NCBI RefSeq assembly: GCF_009834535.1
Contig: NC_045696.1
Location: 65,908,001 to 65,972,000 of the forward strand
DNA: 64,000 bases
Direction of reading: 5' to 3'
Source: Camelus ferus
Lineage: Eukaryota
The notes beneath the pieces are model-generated. The model searched no databases. It was given only the letters and a program-made list of their open reading frames with translations, and was not told where the DNA came from. The translations under genes were made by a program, and so were the position numbers. Below, piece after piece: positions 1-14,910 of the stretch. Within the stretch, counting starts at the first letter, position 1. Each line of letters starts with the position of its first letter.

Positions 1-1644
1 CTGGTAACTACTAGGAAATCTGAGAGCCAACATATACTTTTCAAACTGAGAACAGATACAGACCTCCCAAAAGAAGTGTTCCAACTTACTCACCCAGAAT
101 AGACCCATCCAATGATCCTCTGATCAGGGCGACCCAAGAATCCTCTATAGACTTGTTACACTCAGAAGTATTAGGATGGAAGACAAATGAGAACAAGAGA
201 CCTAGTCTCTTTATTGAAGAAGAGCCCTGGAGGTAAATGGAGAGAAGGAAGAAGAGAAATCAGGAAATCCCCGCTCTTAATTAAAAGAATCCATCATATG
301 GGTTATAAGTGGCTGAGCCTTACATCTTAGTTTGCTGTGAAGCCCAGCTACCATATTGCTGCCATTCTTCATCCTCAGTCTGGCCTGAATAGCTTCCTAC
401 TTTGAAAAGCATTCTGTGCACAAAACAATCAGGAAATCTGGATTTGGACACAAATTTGATGTAGTGACCTGAGTCACTTGATTCTCTGATGTTCCTTTCA
501 ACACTGAATTTCTATAATTTATTAATTGTATTCTTCAGTTTCCAGAGTGGCTGACAATTTATTGCTAGACTTATGATTTTCAATTTGATCTTGCAAGAAT
601 TCATCATGGTCATGTTGTATAGCTTATTTGTGGATAATGGTAACACAGATACACAAGCATTTATTTTTTCATATAATCCTGAAAAAATTTATTCAGCATG
701 TTTTAGGCTTCAAATACCAATATTAATGACTGAAATACAAATATATATATATCTTTATTGTCATTGTATTATAAAATTCAGAGTGCCTATAAATGCATAG
801 CATTCTGCATGTCTTCCTTGCAAGAATCCTGTAAGATTATTAATACCTTTGTTTTATGCAGAAGGAGATTGAGACTGAAAAGTTAAACAACTTTACCAAG
901 GTCCTATAATCAGTAACAGAGTCAGAATTTGACTCTAATCTAAGTTTAAGCATCACATTCTCATCAACTATAGAATATGTCTGCCCCTACCTGAGTGATG
1001 GGACATACATGTGGAAGCACTTGCCGCTAACACAAAGCGCCGCTTCAAATTCACAGGAAGAGATCAGAGAGGAAGGAATAATTGCTCTCTACCCAAGAAG
1101 AGAAAAACAGATCTAGATTTTAAAGAATGAGTATAAGATTTTCAGGCAAGGAAGCACAACAAAAACAAACAAACAAACTAAACCCTCAAAAACAAAAAAA
1201 CCCTGCATTTGCAAAGGCAAAGAAGAGGAGAACACGGGTAGGGCTAGGGGAGTGTGGGTAGATAATAGCTAAGGCCTGTGAATAATGGAAATCAAAGCTG
1301 AGGCTTGAAAAGGAAATTAGAGCTAGATTATAAAGAGTCATGAACCCATTACAAAGGAATCAAGGTTTCAATTTTCCCTGAGCATAACTATCAAAGTTGT
1401 TTAGTGGAAACTTTAGTAAATATCAAAGCAGTTTTTGGGGTCTTTTTGCATATAATTTTTCTACCACCCACCATCACAGCATAGCAGCCAACTTACTTAG
1501 ATTTGCTAGACATTGGTGTCTCCTCAAGACACAATTTCTATTTTTAAATTAGTTTATAATGTAGTTAAAAAGTGATACATTAATATATATAATACTTAAA
1601 TATATAGACATATATTTCTGTACATAACTGCTTAAAAAGAAACT

Positions 1645-1652
1645 ATATATGC

Positions 1653-1697
<45 letters not shown>
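1645..1697. repeat. (TA)n microsatellite
   Basis: Uninterrupted TA run with degenerate 5' edge. Confidence 0.95.
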
Positions 1698-1702
<5 letters not shown>

Positions 1703-2829
1703 TTCCATGCAGAAAAAGGTACACAAGTGACAATAAATAAAAGATGGTCTATTTGCTAGGTCCCTACAAATGTTACAGAAAGTATATGAGTTATATTAAT
1801 TCAGATGCAGGAGCAAGCACTTTGAATGAAACAGGTCATGGAAATATGCATAGTGGTGAAGAGCATGGACACAAGAGTAAGATCTAAGTTCTAATCCCAA
1901 TAACTTCAAAATTTGTGTGACCTTGAAGAAATTACTTCTCTCTCAGTTTCTTCATGTATAAATTGGCAGTTATAATGAACAGAGTGCTTAAAATGTATTA
2001 AATGATCAATAAATACTGGTTAGAAAAATTCTTGAAACATGGAAAATTGTTGACCATCATTGAAAAAGGTAGAAGAAAGAATAGGAGATTAGACACAGGA
2101 GACAGGTCTGTCCAAGGCTATGAGTACCTGGAGAAAGGAGAGAAGCTGAGAAATCCAGATAGAGCTGGGTACACCAGGATCATACTGGAGGCAGCATGGC
2201 GCAGTGGAAAGAACGCTGGATTCCCCACTGTGCCACATTGACAGTTTTCTACCTTGAGCAATTAACTGCCCTTCTGGAACTCAGTCTGTTGATTGCAAAG
2301 TAGATTTTATTACTTGGAAACATTTAAGGGTGTTAGTATAGAAAAAAAAAACCCTCAAGTATTATTAAAACATTCATCTTACAATAAGCAGCTATATCTA
2401 GTACTTGCACACATGCAATCCATTCCTACCTTGGAAGGCTGATCTGGCTCAAACATTTAACCTTTGGTAATAATGTCTTGCCACTTAATTAGTGATACAG
2501 AGCTCTTTCCTAATAAACAGGTCTACAAATTTTAGACTTGAATAGGAAAGCCTGCTACCAAGATTTGGGGTCTAATGAGAACAGTCAAGTTTCTGTTTGC
2601 TCCTCTTAGGTCTTGAATCACGCGGAGCCACAGTACATACGTTACATTAAAGACTTTTTTGAAATTCTGCAGGAAACAAGCCTTCCTAACTCTGTTTGTT
2701 ATTCTAACTTCCCCATGCTTATTTGAGCTCTGAGGCATTTTTGTCATGAAATATTAATATTCAATAGAACCACGGCACCTGGAGCCCTACTTTGGTTAAA
2801 ACCAAGGGACAGCTGCAGTCACTGAGGAC

Positions 2830-3158
2830 TTGACTGGGGCTGGTCCATCTGCTTCCATGAGGCTGCTGACACAGACCTCAGTTCTTCATCACACGAGCCT
2901 GTCCACTAGGTTGCCTGTATCCTCACGGTGTGGCGGCTGGCTTCTGCCACGAGAGATCTCAGCGAGAGAGCAAAGCAGAAGGCACATAGTCTTCCACCAT
3001 GTAGCCTCAAAGGGACCCACCTGGTCACTTTCGGCTTGGTCTAGTTGTTCAAGCAAGTCACTGAGTCCAGGCCACACTCAAGGGGAGAGACATCGAGCTT
3101 CCCCTCTTGAAGGGAGGAGTGTCAGAGAAGTTGTGGACACATTTTTAAATCACCACAC
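2830..3158. mobile_element. ERVL-MaLR solo LTR (MLT1-type) remnant
   Basis: aagtcactgagtccaggccacactcaagggga...cctcttgaagggagga...tttttaaatcaccaca resembles an MLT1 LTR end. Confidence 0.6.
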
Positions 3159-6100
3159 AGCCTTTTTGTGGATGGAGACGCTCAAAGCTCTGCACCTCGG
3201 TCACGCCCCTGTTCCTCCCTACATCTTTACGGTTTCATTATGGAAACCCCAGTCTCCCTCACAAAGGAGTTTAAAACCGTTGCTAGCCTAGAAAATTCTT
3301 AAAGTGGAAAATATTGCCGTTTTGAGTAAATGAATATTCATCATCGGCTTTAATATATATAATGATTTTTTGTGAGTTTTAATGACATTTTGTTGAGAAA
3401 AACTTTATTCATTTAAACATCCTATGAAATATGACTTGAGGGTCCTAGTTCTGTTTAATAAAAAAAAATTCTACTAGCCATGAACTCTTGTAATTCTGAA
3501 ACAATTGATAAATATAGGAAGTTTGATTTAAGAATAGCTCCTCATGCTAAGCATTAAAACAATAAAACATTCCTTATATAAAGACAAAGTTAGGCTCTTA
3601 TATATTTGTAGATAAAACTGCAATAATAACTTGAATTTTTATATTTCATAAGAATATTGCACTATTTCTAAGTAATCCTTATAAAAATGTAAACACATAA
3701 ATAGAATTTTTCATATGAGAACCACAGTGACAGGCAGACAGTCTGGGTTTTGGTCTCAGTTGTATAAACTTGAATATTGCTCTTATCAGCCTGATTTTCT
3801 TCTGTAATCATGAAATAATTAAAGTATGTTGTTGAATTAGACGGTCTCAGTGCCCTCTGGTATAAACAGTCTTCGGTCCTAAAAATTTCCACTTCTAGTT
3901 TAAAGTAAATCCTGGTTAAATCTTAAAGCAACAAGCTGTTCCTAACTCTAAGATGCCAAATAAAAGATAGATGTCTAAATGAATAAAAATCCATGAAACA
4001 AAATACTCAGGAAAGGTCATTTTTAACTTGTCTGTTACATGCAAAATATATAAACCAAGTATTACACATGATTCCATGGAAAACACACAGACATTCTTAA
4101 TACGGTAGAAAGCTTTTCCTTCATACAAGTTTCAAATAGTATTTCCCCTTTAAAATAAAGTATCTTAATTATTGAAATGGCTTATTCTAAAAGATTAAAC
4201 AATGAAGCAAAGTACCAGGAAGCAGGCAAGTGAGGGATGCTTATGAAAATAGGAGAAAGTGGACCAAAGTATGCATCCAGGGCTTAAAATTATACGTTGC
4301 AGCTGCTTTTAGCTCACAATTCATAACAAAATAAAACAAAAAATATGTGGATACAGCGGTAGTTCAATACTAAGGAATTAGAACTCTTTTGAGTCTGATC
4401 TTAATACTAATTTGCTCAATAAACATCCATCCACTGAAATGAAGGGTCTGGAAAATAGGATTATTTGTACACAGCAAATCCATAACATCCTCTGTGTGCA
4501 GGGCACCAGGAGTGAGTGGTAACAGTCAGCTAATCAGACCTGGAACACAGGTTGCCTCTGGTGGAGAGCCATCCTGTTTTGGCCACACTGCAGAAGTTTT
4601 TCAAATATTGAAGCTCTGGGGAGAGAAAGCGCCGACATGTGAGCTCCCAGTGTCACCTCTCAGTGCGAGGCAGGCAGGTTCTCACTGAACAGACCCTATG
4701 GAACTCTTTTGCTGTGTGTGATTTCTTTAACTAATGACCGAAGTAAGTTCTATTTTTAGACTTGATAGATCCACACCTTCTTGGTTTGGATTCACTGTTT
4801 CTATGAAATTTATCCTGAGGTGTCAGGCCCCCTAAAGGCAACTAGAACTATATGAGAGCAATACAGGTCTTTTTCTGTCTCATTTTTAGCAAACATATTT
4901 AGCACATCAATTGTGCCAGGTCCGATGCTAAAAAACTTTCTGTATGTTAATGCGATTCATTCTTTCACTAACCCTGTGCGGTAGATCTGGTAGGTCAGGT
5001 GCTATTTGTGGATGAGGAAACTGTAAATTAACGAAATTAGTCATTTTCCCAAAGTCATTGCTGTTAAGTGTCAGAGTCTTGCCCAAAACTAACCACAGAT
5101 TCCATCATCTACACTGTCCCAATTCTTGTCTTTGTTATTCCAAGATTCCTCTAGATGTATTTTCAGCAATTTGTAGTTTGGGGTGTTTAAAAATATGTTG
5201 TAGCTAACTTAAAAGAGAAAATCTGTATAATCCATTCTTGGAAAAATGAGCAAAAGTAACCATATTAACTCACACATTCATTCACACACAGCACGGCTCA
5301 TGCGTATTCGGTGTAATGGCAGAACATAGAGGTGAGTCCGCTTGGTCGTATCTGTAACATTTCTTCCATCTGAATTGAACAGCAAACATTATAAAGTTGT
5401 TGGTGACCATCTAGTGAGAGAGGCTACATAATCACTTTTATATTTTTACCAATGCTAGTTTAAAGGATATATAAAATGTCCATAGTGTCTGTAATTAACA
5501 TGAGAAAAATCAGTAACTGACAAAGAATTGAAACTATTTAGCAAATCTTTCAAGAGGAAATTTTTCTGGATAGGGAAACAAGTCCTCCACAGATAGGAAG
5601 TATTTATTTTTGGTATCCAGGAAATTCAGCTTTAGATTAAGCTGATAAAACTTAGACAGTAGGTCTTAAAGCCAATGAACAAAACCCAATGATATCTCTA
5701 TTGATTGTGGCTGATTTTGAGTGGAAGATTTTATGGTACAGAGACCACAGCATTGTAAACATTTGGGTACAAGTGGTGGGCACCAAGTACAAGCCCTGTA
5801 CACAAATTTATAAATGATGGGAAAATATTTATCTGGTAAAGCTATTGCAGCTGAATACGAGGAGCATGTGTGTGTGTGATTTTCCAATTTATCTGACAGA
5901 AATAAAAAATTCAAAGAGTATTTCAAACTATCCACTATTAATTTCCCAAGAAACATTCCTTCCTATTAAATAGAATGCCACTTCATTCTTCATCAGATCC
6001 AATGACAACCCAGTCTAATATTTTTCCTCCCTTTTATACATCCACCTTTTCCTCTAGGTCATTCGAATAATGTACTTGCAGGGTTCTTACTAAAGGCTTT

Positions 6101-9100
6101 CCTGCAGCCTTTTTCTCAAGGCTTCTCTTTTTCCTCTGATGGCAATCACCCGATAAAAGATGACATCTGTGCCTCTGATCATTGTGAACCGCTTCAGGTA
6201 GGCCATGTGTTGTACCTTGACCTAACATCTCATTTCTGTTCCCACCATTGTGGCCAATTAAATAGGGGCCTTGTGAGGAGCCAGTTGACTGGTCGTGTGC
6301 TGGTTATCACCACAAGAGCTTAGGAGCCACAAATCTCTGTTATTACCAAGCTGTTGCTGCCAGAAGCATGCTGATCTCTGACAAAAAGAATAGATTAGGA
6401 TCAATCAAATCTCCCCCAGGCTTGTCAGTGGGACTTTTAACCACACCTTCCACCTCAAACTTTCCCCTTCACCTCCTTCCAAACACCTACGCAGCAGCAA
6501 GCTAACAAGGTGTCTGCCAAACCATATGTTCATAATTAGTTAACTTCTTGCCTGTCGCTAGAGGCACCACTGATTCAGCAACAGCCCTCAAGGGTGCTGG
6601 GCATCCAATGAGACACCACCAACCAGCACGGCCCCTCCCCTCAGCGGTAGGAGAAGAGGCATACTCAGTTCCAGCTGTGGCATTGTTGAGTGAATTAACT
6701 TTATCCTCAATTTAAAAAGCCAGCATGAAATCAAAGGAGACCTCAGAAAAGAAAAATAGAGAAAATGAAAAAAAAAAAAAAAAAGCTTGTAGGTTAACTC
6801 AACGAGTCTGATGAATGAAACTCAACTGGTTGGCCTCACTTAGCCAATCACTGCAAAGCAGGTTTCTGGCACCGTTGTTGCTTCTGGCATAGTTCTTCCT
6901 TTTATTTCCCAGTTCTGTGGTTAAGGTCTCTCGTTACACACAGAGGGGATTGATGATATAATTGTTTATGAGCCAGTGGAACAGAGTTTTATGTAGTAGT
7001 GAGGTTACCAAGCAATGAGAAATTAATGTCCAAAACAGCAGTGTACGATGCTGGGTAAGAAATCTCACCTCAAGGTAAGGATGCTACGTATGAAATTAAA
7101 TTTGCAATCTCCTCTCTGAGCCTGTAAATGTGTGAGTGTGTGATTTTCTTTATGGGAAAGAGTTGATTGAAAAAAATCAAATTTTTCAAAAAATTCTAGA
7201 GCAATGAGAATTCTGAAATCTTTTTGTTCCCATTACCTAAGGAAGAAATGTCTAATATTCTGAAAAAAAATGTGCATTTTTGTTAAATTTATATACATGA
7301 GAAATCACTGATGAATTACACTGTTTTCAACAAAATCCTTTATACAGATATCCCAATAAATTGATCAATATTACTTTGCTTGAAGAATTAAAAATGAGTA
7401 CTAAATGCATATATGATCCTGAATTTTAGTTGGCAAAATTGGACAATATCATATTTTAGTTTGAAGCTTTCAAGACTATGGTGAATAAATTTCTAAACCT
7501 GAAAGAAAAAACCAAAGGATACTTTTTCTGTAGCATAAGTATTATAAGCTTTATTTTAAATATACATAAATTAATGCCAATTATTTAAATTAGACTGGAA
7601 AACAAGAGTTAAGCATAGATATGCATTCTTAATGTATATTCTTAAAATAAAAATTGCCATAAAATTCAATGACTATGCAATTGTGTAAATAAAAAGTATT
7701 TATATTTTTATAAATGATGCTCATGAGACCAAAAATGTGGATATAAATGTGCAAAAAGATAGAAAGCTTAAATTTTAAATAAGATTAAATAATTTATGTT
7801 AAAAATAGTTATAAATGAGAAACCAGTTTATTATTTTAAACCATGCTAATCTTAGAATATTATGGCTATGATGTTGTAGTTGATATTATCAGGAAAATCC
7901 TCTTATGAAGCAATCTAAGAATTTTGGATAATGTAAAGAACAGGAGCAGAACAAACCCAAAAGCTAGATATCTACCAAGGACAGGTCACTGTTTTAAGTA
8001 TCAGCTTGAGATCGAATTTCATTGTCAATCACATAATCTCTGCTATTATATTAAAAAGCCATTGAGGTTGGCAAGGGACTCAGGGGTTTTGAGTAACAGA
8101 CATTGTCATTATGATATGTGGCTTAAAGTGAATTAAGAAACAACTGATGTGGTTTGGGACCAGGGAATTAGAAAACATAAGCCAAAGGGAAAATGCAGAA
8201 ACCACAGATTGGTACAAGTTACAGGCAATTTTCTTAATAAACCCCTTTATGATAATGTCAGATGAGACAAGTCAAGCATCTTCCCTATCCTCTATGGAAC
8301 AAACACATTTACAGTTAGAGCCAAATATTTGCTTTCACAGATGAGTTGCCATCCTAAAAAAAAAAGAATCCTAAAAAATATTTTTTGCAGCTTAATTGTC
8401 ATTAAGCAGGTAACACCTTTTTCTTTAAAAAAAAATTGTGCTAAAATGCCCATAGATTAATAAATACTCTTTTCAGTTTAGTCTCTCCAAATTTAAACTT
8501 TGATATATTGTAAATAAAATAAATCGTGATTCAACTCAAAAATACAATATTGAGTCCATAGCCAAGTATATTATTTATAATTTCATAGCAGGGGTCTTTA
8601 TTTTAGCTTTTGGTGTGATTACCTTATAATGAGATTAAATTTATAATGAGTATTATACTCTGGAGCATGAAGATGCACATACTAGAAATAGGAAATAATG
8701 TTGCTCAGATTTTAATAATTGGTTTCGAGAAATCTTAAAAATCTTGCAACCCTATTGCAATAAGAAATGGTGGACCACTAGAACAGAAGATAGTGATCTA
8801 ATATGATGAACAGGATGTTTAACAAGACACTGGCAGTAGTGGTCAGTGCAGATTGGACAAAAAACAAAAGGCTTATTGAAGATGCTGTGTTCCATATTAA
8901 TAATAAGCACTTGGCCAAGGACAGTGAAACAGGACAGGATGCAATGAGACAAATATAAAATACATTGAAGACTGAATCAGATGGCTATAGCTAATGAACA
9001 AAGGAGAGATTCAAGATGATTATGTCAAACTGGCGAGCTTGGGTACCGAAAAATATGACCGTGACAAAAGTGATGTGAAAGAAGACAAGGAGATTGGAAG

Positions 9101-9649
9101 TCCGATTTTTTTTTTTGGCAGAGAAAACACTGAGTTTAGTTTTAGTCAAATTAAATTTGAGAAGTGATATGCATACTAGGAATAAGAATCTGACAGATCT
9201 AGCAGATCTGAGCAGACTGGAAACATTTTGGTTTGGGAGATACCAAGATGGTGAGGATTACCAGACACGTGAATGGGCGTGCTCCTCAAGGCAGTGAGTA
9301 TAAATCAAGAGGAGCAATAAATGTTAACTCCCAGAGCAAAGGGGCAGAGGGGAAAGGAGTGAGGAATGAGGGCACAGGAAGAGTGTGAAGAAAAGAGTCA
9401 GTAACAGATTCTACTAGATGTAATGAAATTAAAAAGCAAAGAAAAGTAAAAATATCCTGTGGAGCATAGAGGTCAAAGTATAAAGAAAATGGCTTAATAA
9501 TCTAGTTAAACCCAGTTAAATGTCACTTACATTTTTCAAATTCCATTTGTAAAGTATGGGAACCAAAGTGGCCAAACAACATGAAGGCAGTGATAAACAA
9601 AGGTAATGTTTTATGATGTATTATTTAGTAGTTTACAACTATGCTTTTA

Positions 9650-10500
9650 AGGGGAATTGGTCAATCATTCTTCTTTCTTATGCTATTTTTGTTCAGATTT
9701 TTATATGGAAATCATACTAGCTTCATGAAATGAATTGGGGTGTACTTTTTTTTTTTTCTTCTCTGCAACTATTTGCAATAAATTGGGATTACCGGTTTTT
9801 GGAAAGTTTGATTAAAAACTCACTTATAAAACCATTTTAGCCCAGCGTATATGTTGGAGGGAGATTTTTGACTATGCATTTATCTTCTTTAAAAGTCATC
9901 ACGATATTTTGAGTTATTATCCTCCCTTGAGTCATTTTGTTAATTCATATTTCTCAGGGTAACCATTTCTTCTAAGTTTACAAAGATATTTGCATTAACA
10001 AATTCATTATGTTATAATTTAAAAAAACTCAACCAAAGCTAATGTTACAGTTTCCTTCTTATTTCTAACGTTTATTTTTTTTCATAATTAGGGAACTATG
10101 TATGTTTATTGGATTAGTTTCTTTCAAAAAATTACTATTGAGTATACTGATTTACACAACATTTTTTTCAGTTCTTTGTTGCAATTCCTCCTATTTTTTA
10201 ATCATTTTATCTCGTCTACTTTTAAAATTCTGTTTTATCCTAGTTTAGATTAACCTTAGATTAAAAAGTTAGTTAATATTTGATTTTTCTGGTTTCCCAG
10301 TATTTTTATTTGAGATTGTGAATCATCTCCTAAATTTCTATTTATAACAAATTTTTATACAAAATTATTTTATTCTATATAGTTCTTATAATTTCATGAT
10401 ATTGTGATTTTTCTTTATCTTATTTATTATTTATTCATGTAGACATGCAGTTTGAATTTTTTCAGTTGTATTGGCTTTGGTTTATATTATTGATTTATGA
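9650..10500 (-). mobile_element. Old L1 (L1M-type) ORF2 remnant
   Basis: T-rich stretch with tagcttcatgaaatgaattggg and aactcacttataaaaccat, characteristic of antisense L1 ORF2. Confidence 0.55.
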
Positions 10501-10639
10501 TTTTACTTAAGGGCTAGCAAATTACTGGAAACTACTCACTAATCCCAAAGTTCAGCAAAGCTAAAGAGTGACTTTACTGTCATAATAGCCCAAGACAAAA
10601 AAATCATAGAAACTTGGACTATGATGATGAACTGGGAAG

Positions 10640-11200
10640 GGAAGTAACTGGACTATTAGAAAAGGCCTTTAAGATTGAGATTCCATGACTGATGGATTAT
10701 AGAAGGTGAGGGTGAGGGAGGAGTCAGATAAGACTTCCCTGACCAATTCTGGCTTGAGTGACAGGATGGTTGGTGTCACCATTTACTGAGATGGAGAAGG
10801 TTGAGATTGATAGCAAAGATTTTGTTCGGTTTTGGACAGGTTGTGCCTGTATTTCCTGTGAGATATCAAACAGGAGATAAGAAAGTAATAAATACACAAA
10901 TCTTGACATCAAAAGAAAATGTCATGCTAAATATATAAATTTTCAAGTCATCAAGGTGTAGAAAGTTATTGAAACATGGCAGTGGAAAAGTTTGCTCAGG
11001 AAAAATTTACAGAATAGGAAAATGGGCAAGACTGAAGCAATTCCAATTGTCTGCTAGAGGAGGGAGAGTTGGCAATGGGGACTGTGAATTCACAGAGAGT
11101 GAAGGGGACTAGTATCTGGTGTCATGGTGAACAAGAGAATGGAGTATTTTGAGAAAAAGGGAATAACAAGCAAAGAGATGTCATTAACAATAAAGTTAAG
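10640..11200 (-). mobile_element. L2 LINE remnant
   Basis: tctggcttgagtgacaggatggttggtgtcaccatttactgagatggagaa and ttcggttttggacaggttg are typical L2 segments. Confidence 0.65.
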
Positions 11201-12989
11201 AAGGATGATTGCAAACTATACAGATACTTAATATATTACAAGAATTGAATTATAAACGTATGATTTCCAAACCGAAGTTTTTATGATTTTATTATTATGA
11301 TTAATAATACTAATGGGGATTTCAATATTTCAGGAAGTCATATGAATTGTACGCATTTTATTGATAGTCTTGATGAGCTGTCAGATCACTCAGTCTAATG
11401 AAAATTATCATAACAAGCTACTATGCAGTGAGAACCTACCATGTTCCAACAAGAGTGATAAGTGCTTTATCCATAGCAACTCTGAAAAAAAATGTGCAGT
11501 TTCTATCTGGAGCACAAAATGGTTTAAACAAATAAGTGCCTCCTTCAATAAAGCTATTAAAGCTTTCAGTTTTGTTTTGTGATGTATAGTTTGCCAAGCA
11601 CCTTTCACTTTGTTTCACTGAATTGTCACTGTTGTGGAAGAAAAAAAAAACCGACTCTACTCTTCTCTTCATATATCTGCCTAAACCCGTAGAAGAGGAC
11701 ACTGTATACAGTTCTGACTTCTTTCTTTATGCTCTTCTGGTTACTGCCCATAGGAAGAGGGGTTGTCGTTGACTCTTCCTACCATCAGGAATTGGCTTAT
11801 ATTTTGCTAGTAGGCAAGATTTCTTTTCTGTAAGGAGCAGGCAAGTGCCCTGCGTTCTCTTTTACTTCTCGAACCCCCAAGCTTTCTACTTCCATATGTA
11901 AAGCACACCTAGTCACACAGCTGAGGGGTCTATCCTTGCAAAGCGGCCCCTACATTCACTCTTTCTGTTCTGTCTGTGCTATAAAGTGAGATGGAACAGC
12001 TATAAACATTTATGTACCTAGTTGAGTGAATGGAGCTTGTACCACAAACTAGCCATTCTACATTCAAAAGTATCTCACTTAGATATCCAAGCTTAGGTGC
12101 ACTCCTGCATCATATTTCACCAGAGGAACCCTGTACTGGGGATTGTCAGGTGGATACTCACACTGGCCCACACACAACACACACACATGCATGCACATTT
12201 TCCTCACTGGCATATTCTTTTTGTATGTTTGTACACTGTTTTAACAAGTAAATTCAAATGAGAAGAGATGAGTTATTATTCATATACTATACATTTAAAA
12301 ACTGAAGTTCTAAGGTCTTGGAACTTAACGAAATTCAAACTGTTAATTAAAAGCAGATGGAAGATTTAAATCTAGATCTTTTCAGTTTATTTTTAGTACT
12401 CTTGTGCCCAGTCTAAATTTTTTTCTCACAGACATTATGTAATAAGTTAACTTTGATTAGTCAAAATGTGTATAGCACTTTTCGTTCCATAAAATCTTTG
12501 TCATTTTTGTTTTCATCATTAACTGCATTAAATACATCTCATCTATTTCACTAACACCCAGTAATATATGGGCTTCATGGACTTTGGAAAAGACAAAAAA
12601 AGTGCTCCAAACTAGAAGATTAACATTTTGAGAATGGGCACAAGAATGAGAGAGAAGGAGAGAAAAAATATTAAATGATAATGTAATTTCTATACCTGAA
12701 TAAGAAATGAAATGCTATCAAATAAGTCAATTGACTTGTCATCCTTATACAAGCATTATCAAAATGTGGGTTTCTGGTTTAGGTTCCCATATCAAAACTT
12801 TTGTAGATCAGAAAAGAAAGAGAAAGAGAAGAAATGCAGAGATACCCTCAATGAATGGAACCAAGCTATAGCTATCCCAAACTTGAAATATTATAGTCGC
12901 AAAATGCCGCTGACAGTCTCACGTGCGTGATGGTGAGTTCACAGTAACGATCCACGCACCTTCTGAGGAGTATAAACATTCTAAGAGAT

Positions 12990-13500
12990 AACAAATGGAG
13001 TAGCTGATACTAGACAGCAGAAAACAAGTATTTAAAACATGGATATAAATATTCTTAGAAATATAGGGGAGGATGTTGGAAAACAAGAGGCAATAATCAG
13101 TTAAAGATATTGATTGTCAAGAATATATTAGCGGAAATAAAAAACTACAAGGATTCAATGAGGAAGAGCATGCTTCTTACTTCCTAGTAAAGAAATGGAA
13201 ATGAAAGTTAGAGACTTTAATACTTCCATAGTGGGGATACCAGCAAGGAAGGAAAAGAATGCAGAGGAAGCAATAACTGAAAAGAATAACTTAGAGTTTC
13301 TCCTAACGCAACTGTAAGATCTTAGACTGAAAAGCTGTGTAGAATTTCATGTTACAAGGAGAAAAATAGAAAACACCAACACCTCAAGTCATACTGATAT
13401 ATAAGAATATCGTAGATAAAATCTAACAGATTTCAAGAGAATAAGGACACAGTTTACAAAAGAAGAAAAGAATCAGATTAATGTCAGCTCTTCTTGATCT
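12990..13500 (+). mobile_element. Old L1 ORF1-region remnant
   Basis: A-rich; gaagcaataactgaaaagaataac...aagaatcagattaatgtcag resembles degenerate L1 ORF1. Confidence 0.45.
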
Positions 13501-14689
13501 AAAGATATTTTGGACTGTTTCTTAATTCAAAAAACAACAATATAAATGCAAATTAATATCTCATCTCAGCCTATATTCTCCTTAGGATTATGGGTAGATC
13601 TTTATTTGTTCGTCACAAACTTCACCAACCTGCTTTCTTTGGAATTTAAGAAATGAGTTCATAACATTTTAATTTTTAAATGAATCTTTATCAAACTGCA
13701 TTTTTAAATTTTATTCAGCATGCTCCTCAAAAATTATACAGGGCCATCATAAGTCTCCTTTTACAATATTATCAAGCAATACGGTGTCTTAGCTATGAAA
13801 AATGGCTCTCAGAATCATACGCATGATTATACTTTTCCTACATTGGTTAAATTTTTATAAACTTAAAAATAGAGGATGGAGAAGTTTAGACTTGGTTGGT
13901 TTTTGAAGCAAATTAAATTAGACACATGCTAGAAAGTCATACTAATACAAAATGCTATCATTGCCGCAACATACACCTCTTTCATATTTACTTTAAATTA
14001 AAAAGTGAAATCACATTTCTCAGTCAGAACGTGGATTGCCATTAAGAGGCACTCATCCCTTACTTAAATCTGGATATATTGGAAAAGTCTTCAGGAAGCC
14101 CCCTCTAGTGTCTAAAGGATGCAACAGCTCACTGGCGAAGGATTTGAGAGCGACAAAAAGATGTGAGAATTTTAGTGGCTCCTCCTAAATGGTTCAAAGG
14201 GACCATGGAGATCACCAGCCCCAATATCCATGCTGTTTACAAACAGGAAAACTAAAAATCCAGAGAGAAAATATTTTGTCTAAAGTTACACTGAAAGTCA
14301 ATGGTAGTAGAACTCCAATCTCCTGACCCTCCAGTTCACAGAACAATCTACTCTAACCTGTCGACCTGGATTTGGGCCAAGCAGGCCCAGAGCAGAGTAG
14401 CATAAAGCAAGGAATTTGGAGGATGTGGGGTTTTTAAATGAAAGGGATATCCTCAGGGTAGCCAGAGATTTTTTTTTTTTTAAAGCACACACATAGAAAG
14501 GAATTACCATAAAAGAAATATTAATCAATTATTTTAAAATTCAGAATTTCTGGACATTAAAAGATACCAATAGGAGTGTAAAGGCAGCACACAGAGGAGA
14601 TGAAGATATTTTGTTTATCATGAAAAAATGATACATTTTGATAGGATTAATGTATGATGAATTTTTGATTCTCATTAAATATTTAATTA

Positions 14690-14910
14690 TTTTGAAAACT
14701 ATGTATTAAGTGCCTACTAAATGCCAGGGACTGTGCCCTGGGATCTTTAAAAACATTATTTCATTTATTCTTCATTACAATCATGCAAAGAACATGGTAA
14801 TATATTTCTAAAGAAACTGAGGCTTAGAGGGGTTTAGTAATTTGCTCACAATCTCACTTCTAGTAGGAGAGAGAAATAGAATTTAAAGAATTCAGAATCC
14901 AAATTCTCTC
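14690..14910 (-). mobile_element. MIR SINE
   Basis: aagtgcctactaaatgccagg...aaactgaggcttagagg...agtaatttgctcac core. Confidence 0.7.

Noticed and set aside
2830..3291. 153-aa ORF
   Set aside because: Starts at TTG, overlaps an MLT1-like LTR, and resembles no protein I know.
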